A stretch of DNA of 32,000 nt from Candidatus Pacearchaeota archaeon (lineage in GTDB: Archaea > Nanobdellota > Nanobdellia > Pacearchaeales > UBA284): positions 30,001 to 62,000 of the forward strand of contig CP061211.1 of the NCBI GenBank assembly GCA_026016245.1, read 5' to 3'. This document shows, one piece after another, positions 1-7,501 of this stretch. The number at the start of each line of letters is the position of its first letter. Within the stretch, counting starts at the first letter, position 1. The translations under genes and the position numbers were made by a program. The notes beneath the pieces were generated by a model. The model worked only from the letters and a program-made list of their open reading frames with translations, did not search any database and was not told the DNA's origin.

Positions 1-1
1 A

Positions 2-1681
2 ACCCAACAAGCAGATTATATTTCAAATGATACTAGCGTTGCTTCTGTTTCAGCACTCGGCTTAGTTACTGGAATTGGAGATGGGACAGGAAAAATAACT
101 GCAGAATACACACATTCTGAGGTCACAAAAGAAGACTCTAGTATTGTTAATGTCAGATATTTTGAAGATGATTATATTAGATATATTAATCTGGCTTTAA
201 ATAAATATGAAATTGAAATAAATGAAGAAACAAGTTATGAAGTTAAGGCTTATTGGTCTAATGGTCTGACAACTGATATAACTTCTGAATCAGATGTTCA
301 GAGTTTAAATCCAAATGTTGCTTCTGTAAATCAAAATACTCATAGAGTTAAGGGAGAGGATGAAGGAATAGCCATCATAAATGCTAGCTATATTCATAAT
401 AATCTTCCTTATGGAGATGAAAAATTTATAATTGTTACTGGAGAAGCAGTTGGAGAATATAATCTTTCAGTTGACACATGTGGAGATACATCTATTCCAC
501 CAGATGGAGATTGTGAAGATTTTATTAATGTGAAAGGTGAAATAACTGTTAATCAAGAATCTTGGGGCATTGCACCACAAGAAAGATTCCCACTTCCTTC
601 AGATAATTATAGAGTTTCTTTTGGTCCTCTTCAGGATTGGTATGAACCTGGGGAGATGTCAGTATTTTTGCCTCCAAATGTTTCTTTGATGGGTATTTAT
701 ACTAAAGAGCCTGTGGAGTATGCTCTAATAATTGTCCAAGCTAAAGATGAACAGACAGGACAATTTATCAATGCTTTAATTAACTTATATCTTGAAGATG
801 ATCTTGTTAATTCTACTATAAATGATGTGAGATATAATTATTCAGAGACATATCCTATTGAATTCACAGCTGAATTTGAAGACCAAAGTGGTTACATTAC
901 ACCATCTAATTTAACAATAACAATTTATGGAAATGGAATTTATTTCTTTACAGTTTATTATGAAAAAGAAGCAGTTGGAGAATGTTTCTGTGAACCAAAG
1001 CATGTTCCTTGTGGTTTTTGTTATGATTTTTATTCTGAATGTGATGGCCCTCCACAAGGACCTGGACAAATAATTCCTTGTTCACCTGGTTGGATATGTA
1101 ATTATGTGACAGGAAAATGTCAACCAACTTCAACCCAAGATGAGTGTCATGATAATGCTACTACTTGTAATATTATCACTGGTTGTTATTGGGATTATCC
1201 AGACATCCCTCCTCCTTATTGTAAACATTGCCAAACAGAAGGTCCTGAAACATGTTCAGGTTATGATAATCAGGGAACTTGTAATTTAGATCCTTGTGTT
1301 GTCAAGAATGTTGGTTGTCCTTCTGGTGCTAGTGACTGTAGATGTGAATGGGAAACTGATGAATGTATTCTTAAATATCAACAACAAACAAATGGAGATT
1401 TTTGTGAGATAACTTTAAGACAGGGGACTTGTGAAGAAGGTTGCCAAGGAAAAATAAATTATAGATGGCAAAATTATACTTGTGATCCTGGTTCATGTTC
1501 AGAACAAGCTTGCGTGGATTTAACCTATCCTCCCCCAGATTATACAAAATCAGAATGTGTGATTTGTCCGACACCTTTTAGAGAGCTTCCATTTTTTTCA
1601 TGGTGGAATATTTTAGCTGTTGTGTCTGTATTGATAGTGTTTTATATATTCATGCTTAGAAAAAAGAGAATTAATTATTAA
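2..1681 (+). CDS. 5'-truncated secreted/surface protein with Big_2-like Ig repeats, Cys-rich region and C-terminal TM anchor
   Basis: The track ORF (530..1681) starts at an internal GTG. The same frame is open without a stop back to base 2 and encodes TQQADYISNDTSVASVSALGLVTGIGDGTGKITAEY (Big_2-like) and SESDVQSLNPNVASVNQNTHRVKGEDEGIAIINASY (second Big_2-like copy). C-terminus is FFSWWNILAVVSVLIVFYIFMLRKKRINY (TM plus basic tail). Confidence 0.8.
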   Translation, partial: TQQADYISNDTSVASVSALGLVTGIGDGTGKITAEYTHSEVTKEDSSIVNVRYFEDDYIRYINLALNKYEIEINEETSYEVKAYWSNGLTTDITSESDVQSLNPNVASVNQNTHRVKGEDEGIAIINASYIHNNLPYGDEKFIIVTGEAVGEYNLSVDTCGDTSIPPDGDCEDFINVKGEITVNQESWGIAPQERFPLPSDNYRVSFGPLQDWYEPGEMSVFLPPNVSLMGIYTKEPVEYALIIVQAKDEQTGQFINALINLYLEDDLVNSTINDVRYNYSETYPIEFTAEFEDQSGYITPSNLTITIYGNGIYFFTVYYEKEAVGECFCEPKHVPCGFCYDFYSECDGPPQGPGQIIPCSPGWICNYVTGKCQPTSTQDECHDNATTCNIITGCYWDYPDIPPPYCKHCQTEGPETCSGYDNQGTCNLDPCVVKNVGCPSGASDCRCEWETDECILKYQQQTNGDFCEITLRQGTCEEGCQGKINYRWQNYTCDPGSCSEQACVDLTYPPPDYTKSECVICPTPFRELPFFSWWNILAVVSVLIVFYIFMLRKKRINY

Positions 1682-1711
1682 ATTATTTTTTCCTGGTAAA
1701 AAAGAGGTGAA

Positions 1712-4390
1712 ATGATAAAAAAAGAAGGAGTGATTTTAGTATTAGTATTTTTTATTTTATGTTGTTCTTTTAGTTCTGCTTCTGTTATTCCTGGAAATCC
1801 TTTTTTTAATTTAAGTCAAGGAAGTTTTGGTCCAGGCCAAGTTCTTGAGGGTTATTTTAACTTTTCTTTGGAAAATGAACCTGGTAATATTATGGTTAGC
1901 GGGCAAGTTGCTGCTGAGATGAAAGAGATGAATCTTCTTGATTTTTTACAAGAAGGAGAAGTAGATTTTAATTGTGATCCTAGTGATTGTGATGTTACTT
2001 ACCAGGCATCGATTCCTTCCCAAACAAAGACAGTAGTTCTTAGTGAAGAAGAGAAGTATTTTGGTTTAGTTGCTTTTGGTACTAATCCCCAGATTTTGAA
2101 CTTAAGTTTTTATCTTACTGGACAAAGCACTGCTAATCCTATTTGTGGTGAATCTCCTTTGAAAATTGATTTGCTTGATGATGGCATTATAGATTATGAA
2201 TATAAAGAGCCAAGTGGAGAATGGTGTTCTGATTTAAGACATAGTAGATGTTATGATCCTTCTATTGCTACTGGTGTTTCTGTTTTAACTTCTACTCCTC
2301 TTTGCCAGAAAATTTCTCTGAATAAGACAGGAAGGTTAGAAGTTGCTGCTGAACTTAAAGTGTATAGTGGTGAACCTTGGGATTATGATATAGAATTTAC
2401 TGTTTATGATTTAGGTGGTAGTTTAATTGGAAACTGCAGTGTTGATTATTTTTATGAATTAGAATATAGTTTTGCAAAATGTTTTATAGGTCCTGAATTT
2501 CTAGGAGAGGAATCAACATTCTTTATTGAAGAAGCAGGTGATTATCTTCTTTGTATCAGGAATAAGGGAACAAGTAGTGCAGAATATTGGATTAAAAAAG
2601 AAACTCAAGAAGAGGTTTGTGGTTTTTATGGAGAGCCGCCTTCACAGACTTATAATGAGGATTATTCTATTTATGTTCATGAAGCTAAATTTAATGCTTT
2701 TACTGAGGAAGTTGTTTTTGATGAGAGCATGCATCTTGGTGATGTTCCTTTAATGACTTATGTCCAGAATTATATTAATTCAGAATATGGAGGTAATTGT
2801 ACTGGATTTAGTGGTTGTATTATTCCTATAAAATTTATTTCATCAGCTAGCCAGACTTTGACATTGAGTGATATCAACTTCAAATATCACCCACAAGGCA
2901 CTTCTCCAACTTATAATAATTATTTTTATGATTTGATTGTTGAGTGGCCTAAAATTGATATGGATATACAGACAGTTCCATTCTCTATTCTTAATCTTAG
3001 TGCGCCTGAACAGCCAGGTTTCCAGATGGTTTTAGCTAAGATTGGAATAGCTTCGAGAAGTCTTGGTTTTGATGTTGCAGAAGTCCCAACAATCCAAAGT
3101 GTTAGTCCTCTTATTGTAATTCCAGGAAAGCTAACAGAATTTAGGACTGTTGCTACTGCTCCAGCTGGCAAACAGATTATTCAATATAGATGGGATTTTG
3201 GTGATGGTTCAGGAGAGCAAATGACAGCTGGGCCTAATATAACACATACATACAGCCAGATAAAAACATATATTTTAACTGTCAAGGCTCAAGATACTTC
3301 TGGTTTGGTTGGTTCAAGAACTTTTACTATTACCAGCAATATAACCCGCGAACTTTTGAATACTACAATACAGAATTTAAGAATAAGATTGGATAATTTT
3401 GCTTCTCAGTACAATAATATTGAATATTGGTACAGAGATATGATTGGAGTGAATGTTACAATAATAAGCACAACCCTTGATGTTTTAGAATCTCAATTAG
3501 CTACAGCAACCCAAACACAGCTTCTTGATATTAAAAATGAACTTGATGCTTTGAATGTTCCAATATCTATAAATGATACTTTGGTTTTGAGAGATTCTCC
3601 TTATATTCCAAATTTAAATGAAATAGATCCAAGTTATGTTAGTGATATGACAGGAGAGGATTATGATTCAAATCTCAAAACAGAATATCAGAATGCTGTG
3701 GCTTTATGGCAGCAGGATAATGTTAATTTGAGATTAGGAGGAGAGGCAAAAGCTTTATTTTATGAAGATAGAATAGAAGATAAGATTACAGTTGTTAATA
3801 TAAAAGTTGATCCTCTTGTTGGTATTTCTAATGCTTATGTTATTTTCTCCTTGCCTTATGGTGTTAGTTACAATGATGTCAGATTACTGCATGATGCATA
3901 TGAAGTAAGTGATTTAAATGATGCTATTGGCTTTGTCTATACTGGCTTAAGTGGCTTGGAAACAATTAGTATAACATTGCCAGGCAAGGTTGATTTTTCA
4001 GATATTAATTTTTATATCTCACCTTCTCTTCAGGAAGTACAAGTAGGAGTACAACCTCTGACAGAGCCACCAAAGAAACCACCCTATCTTCTAGCAATAT
4101 TTTTAATAATTGTTATTGCGATAGTTGTCCTTATTATCTTATGGTTTATATGGAAAGGCTCTGGGAAAAGAGAGAAAAAGAAGCTGTTCAAGAATCCTAT
4201 GGATCTTTATCATATTACTAATTTTATTTCTAACAATCAAGCTGCTGGAGTTCCAAAAAACAAGATAATAGAGAGGCTGAAAAAAGCTGGTTGGTCAAAA
4301 AAACAAATAGATCATGCTTTTAAACAAATTGGAAAACAGAAACCAATTTTTACACCTTCAGTGAAAAGAAGACCCACAAGAAGAATTTAA
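1712..4390 (+). CDS. Secreted PKD-domain membrane protein with cytoplasmic helical tail
   Basis: Sec-type signal peptide (MIKKEGVILVLVFFILCCSFSSA). PKD signature YRWDFGDGSGEQM...HTYSQIKTYILTVKAQD. TM helix LLAIFLIIVIAIVVLIILWFIW. Tail NPMDLYHITNFISNNQAAGVPKNKIIERLKKAGWSKKQIDHAFKQIG. RBS-like aaaaagaggtgaa upstream. Confidence 0.85.
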   Translation: MIKKEGVILVLVFFILCCSFSSASVIPGNPFFNLSQGSFGPGQVLEGYFNFSLENEPGNIMVSGQVAAEMKEMNLLDFLQEGEVDFNCDPSDCDVTYQASIPSQTKTVVLSEEEKYFGLVAFGTNPQILNLSFYLTGQSTANPICGESPLKIDLLDDGIIDYEYKEPSGEWCSDLRHSRCYDPSIATGVSVLTSTPLCQKISLNKTGRLEVAAELKVYSGEPWDYDIEFTVYDLGGSLIGNCSVDYFYELEYSFAKCFIGPEFLGEESTFFIEEAGDYLLCIRNKGTSSAEYWIKKETQEEVCGFYGEPPSQTYNEDYSIYVHEAKFNAFTEEVVFDESMHLGDVPLMTYVQNYINSEYGGNCTGFSGCIIPIKFISSASQTLTLSDINFKYHPQGTSPTYNNYFYDLIVEWPKIDMDIQTVPFSILNLSAPEQPGFQMVLAKIGIASRSLGFDVAEVPTIQSVSPLIVIPGKLTEFRTVATAPAGKQIIQYRWDFGDGSGEQMTAGPNITHTYSQIKTYILTVKAQDTSGLVGSRTFTITSNITRELLNTTIQNLRIRLDNFASQYNNIEYWYRDMIGVNVTIISTTLDVLESQLATATQTQLLDIKNELDALNVPISINDTLVLRDSPYIPNLNEIDPSYVSDMTGEDYDSNLKTEYQNAVALWQQDNVNLRLGGEAKALFYEDRIEDKITVVNIKVDPLVGISNAYVIFSLPYGVSYNDVRLLHDAYEVSDLNDAIGFVYTGLSGLETISITLPGKVDFSDINFYISPSLQEVQVGVQPLTEPPKKPPYLLAIFLIIVIAIVVLIILWFIWKGSGKREKKKLFKNPMDLYHITNFISNNQAAGVPKNKIIERLKKAGWSKKQIDHAFKQIGKQKPIFTPSVKRRPTRRI

Positions 4391-4395
4391 TTTTA

Positions 4396-6660
4396 TTAAG
4401 AAGGTTTAGGAGCTGGAGGCAAAGGTTTTGGTTTTCTTACTGGTTTTATTGGCATTGGTTTTGGCTTTATAGGTCTGGCTATTGGTTTTGCAGGCATTCT
4501 TACTGGCCTTGCTGGAGCTCTTCCTGGTGGCATTCTTCTTACAGGCCTAGATGGCATCATTCCAGGAAACTCCAATTTGGGTTTGGCTGGTTTTGCTTTC
4601 TTCCTTTTTTTAATGGATAGGAATATTAAAACACCTAATCCTAAGACTAAGAAAATGATGAGAGTTGTTAGCCATGGGAACACACTTGGTTTTTTACATT
4701 TCCCTAAACAACATCTGCTTGTATCAGAAGCTTCAACAATTGTTCCGTCACAAGCAAGGCTAGCATTACAGGCAGTTCCTCCTAAAGACGAACATGAACT
4801 TAAACAGCTTCCATCAACACAACATCTCGTAGCCTCACTTGTCTCATACATTGTTCCAGAACAAATCTGTCCAGCTTCACAAGAAACACCAGGACAGGTT
4901 TTTGGAATACATTTCCCTCCTTGGATACAACAAGTTTGTTGGCCACCAGTATTAGCAGCCTCCACTAAAGTTCCGTCTTTACAATCCTCGTCACTAGCAC
5001 AAATCTCACCACCCATTACAGCGCAGGTTTGAGAACCTGTACAAAAACCTGATTCACAGCAATAATTTGTATCAGAAGCAACAATCCATCTGTCTGAAGG
5101 ACATGATTTTCCTTGACTAGGATCACAAATCTCTCCTCCAAGATCAAAACAAGTATCACTTGCTGTTGTGCAAACCCCTTTACAACAATAAGGAGTGTCA
5201 GCTGATACAATGAATGGAATTATATTACCAAGATTATCCAAACATTTCTGTCCAGAGCCGCAAATCTGGCCACCTATCTCATTAATACACATTGATTTAT
5301 CATAAGGTTTACAACATTTCAATCCTGGCTCACAGATATAAGGAACTTCAGTTTCATTGTCAGAACAAGAACTTTTACAAGAACCATATTTATCTTCACA
5401 TGACTGGGCAATATCACAACATTCACGATCTCCAAAACAAGCATAAGGTTGAGATATGCCACCACTATTACTGCAATTGATAACACAACTATATCCATAT
5501 TGCTCACATTCAGAAAGTAATTCTAGAGTCGGCCAAACTCCAAGAAGAATTAAAGCTGTATCACGAACATTATCGCAAGCTGATCCAGAACATTCCCAGC
5601 TTCCATCTTGTTTTTGTTCTTCTAATAATGTTTCTTTTGTCTTTTCAATATCTCCTGCCATGGCTTGGGTCATTAATACAACAAGAGCAGTATCATAATA
5701 TTTGTTAGAAGAACCTTGTCCAAGCCATAATCCATCAGCTCTTTGTAATGCTATTAGTTCTGAAATAAAACTTTGTTTTTTTGTTATTTCATAAAGGAAA
5801 GGTTGAGGCATATATTGCAGATTTTCATCATAATTTATTACAAGGTAAGGCATAAATGTTTTTGCTGTATTTATTTTTCCTTGCTTCATGAATGCATAAG
5901 CTGTCCATAAACTTGCTTCATAATCACATGATCCAAGAGTTGTGATACAAGAAGAATTCAAACCTATAGAAAGAAGTCCCTGAGGGCCAGCTTCTTCATA
6001 CAAGCCAGGAACATACCAATCATTTTCTTTCTTGAATAAAAAATTAGCTATAACACTTTCATTACAACTGACATTGAAAATTTTATCAGAACATTCTGGA
6101 CTAAGACTTAACCAATAATTTTCAGCTATTGTAAAACAAGATCCTGGATTGCCTCCTAATTTGTCTTCTTTATCAATACTAATTTCATAATCAGTATTAT
6201 CATAGAACAAAAGACAGCGGGCAGGAACATTGTTGGTTGTTAATTGCAAATACCAATCAATTCCAGTAGGCATGGCTGTCTTGTTTAATAGCCATTCATT
6301 TGCTTTTTCTGTGTCTTCTCCTATTGCATCAAGGGCAAGTTTTGCAAGAGCTGTATCTTTTGTTTTACAGTTTGGAGAAGGCCAGCATGTCTCATTTTCA
6401 AAGCTCTTGTCAATCAACTTTATTTTTGATGCTTTGGTTTGTGCAAGACTCATTTCATCTCGTAAAACAAGTAATGAGAAAACATGTTGTTCTATATTGA
6501 GATTTTGCCATCTTCCAATAGCTTTATTTTTTAACCAGAGATAAGCTCTTTTAATTTGTATTTTTTCTTGTTCTTGCTGAGCAGAGATTAAAAAAGAGCA
6601 TAAAAAAAGTATTAGAATAAATACTATAAATAATAGAGCAAAGCCTCTTTTCTTATTCAT
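4396..6660 (-). CDS. Membrane-anchored protein with alpha/alpha-toroid (squalene cyclase/prenyltransferase-like) domain, tandem Cys-rich repeats, TM and Pro/Lys-rich tail
   Basis: 754 aa. N-terminal KKRGFALLFIVFILILFLCSFLISA. Toroid-like motifs DTALVVLMTQAM...LLEEQKQDGSWECSGSACDNVRDTALILLGVWP. Five CxxxGG..C..C..(S)DT..CC..G.C repeats. TM LTTLIIFLVLGLGVLIFLSI and tail RPVRRMPPGRAPARPVRMPAKPIARPIKPKP. Confidence 0.8.
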   Translation of the reverse strand: MNKKRGFALLFIVFILILFLCSFLISAQQEQEKIQIKRAYLWLKNKAIGRWQNLNIEQHVFSLLVLRDEMSLAQTKASKIKLIDKSFENETCWPSPNCKTKDTALAKLALDAIGEDTEKANEWLLNKTAMPTGIDWYLQLTTNNVPARCLLFYDNTDYEISIDKEDKLGGNPGSCFTIAENYWLSLSPECSDKIFNVSCNESVIANFLFKKENDWYVPGLYEEAGPQGLLSIGLNSSCITTLGSCDYEASLWTAYAFMKQGKINTAKTFMPYLVINYDENLQYMPQPFLYEITKKQSFISELIALQRADGLWLGQGSSNKYYDTALVVLMTQAMAGDIEKTKETLLEEQKQDGSWECSGSACDNVRDTALILLGVWPTLELLSECEQYGYSCVINCSNSGGISQPYACFGDRECCDIAQSCEDKYGSCKSSCSDNETEVPYICEPGLKCCKPYDKSMCINEIGGQICGSGQKCLDNLGNIIPFIVSADTPYCCKGVCTTASDTCFDLGGEICDPSQGKSCPSDRWIVASDTNYCCESGFCTGSQTCAVMGGEICASDEDCKDGTLVEAANTGGQQTCCIQGGKCIPKTCPGVSCEAGQICSGTMYETSEATRCCVDGSCLSSCSSLGGTACNASLACDGTIVEASDTSRCCLGKCKKPSVFPWLTTLIIFLVLGLGVLIFLSIKKRKKAKPAKPKLEFPGMMPSRPVRRMPPGRAPARPVRMPAKPIARPIKPKPMPIKPVRKPKPLPPAPKPS

Positions 6661-6720
6661 AGTTCTCTAAGCATTTTAATATTTAAAAAACTTTTTAAAT
6701 GTCAGATGATACTAAGAAAT

Positions 6721-7500
6721 ATGGATAGAGATAAAAGAGGACAGGTAACTCTTTTTATTATAATTGCTATTGTTATTGTGGCTGTTGTGATTCTAGCTAT
6801 TGTTCTTGTCCCACAACTTCTTCCTAGAGAAAGAATTCCCCCAACAGTACTTGATCCAGAAGCTTATATTGCTGATTGCGTTAACTTACATTTAGAACCA
6901 TTAGTTGAGGTACTTGCAAGTCAAGGAGGCTATTTGGAAACAGGAAATTGTATTTTTTATGAAGATATCTGCAGGCATTATTTATGTTATACTACTACTC
7001 CTTATATTAATTGCACTAATCAAGAACCTTTACTTAAAGAGCATGTTGAAGAAGAATTAAAAACTAAGCTGCAACAAGAAAATGTGGTTAAAAATTGTAT
7101 TTCTAGTTTTGCTGAAGCTGCAAGAAAACAGAATTGGAATGTTGAAGCATGCTCTGTTCCAAAATTTTCAGTTAATTTGACAGAAGGCAGGATTAATATC
7201 CCTATAGAGTGTGATATAACAATGTCTAAAGGACAGGAAGTTAAAAAATTTGAAGAACTTAATCCTTTTTTAAAATGGCCTTTGTTTGAATTTGTTATAC
7301 TTAGTAAAGAAATTATTAATGAAGAAATAGAAAATTGTGATTTTGATCCCTTAGCTTATATGACTATGCATTATCAGATTGAGATTGAGAAATTTAGAAC
7401 AGGCGATGGAAGTAAGATTTATATACTTCGGGAAAGAGAAACTGGAAAAGAATTTGTATTTGCTGTAAGAAATTGTGTGTTACCAGGAGGGGTATTTTAG
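6721..7500 (+). CDS. Membrane protein with class III/prepilin-like signal sequence
   Basis: Track ORF begins at 6706. The ATG at 6721 gives MDRDKRG|QVTLFIIIAIVIVAVVILAIVLVP, a short basic n-region followed by a hydrophobic stretch. Cys-containing ectodomain. Confidence 0.75.
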   Translation: MDRDKRGQVTLFIIIAIVIVAVVILAIVLVPQLLPRERIPPTVLDPEAYIADCVNLHLEPLVEVLASQGGYLETGNCIFYEDICRHYLCYTTTPYINCTNQEPLLKEHVEEELKTKLQQENVVKNCISSFAEAARKQNWNVEACSVPKFSVNLTEGRINIPIECDITMSKGQEVKKFEELNPFLKWPLFEFVILSKEIINEEIENCDFDPLAYMTMHYQIEIEKFRTGDGSKIYILRERETGKEFVFAVRNCVLPGGVF

Positions 7501-7501
7501 A

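Noticed and set aside
4577-5032. Plus-strand 151-aa ORF
   Set aside because: Lies fully antisense to the strongly supported 754-aa minus-strand protein; composition is explained by the reverse of its Cys/Gly/Pro-rich repeats.
5016-5698. Several 60-80 aa ORFs on both strands inside 4396..6660
   Set aside because: No RBS, no recognisable domain, overlap a well-supported coding frame.
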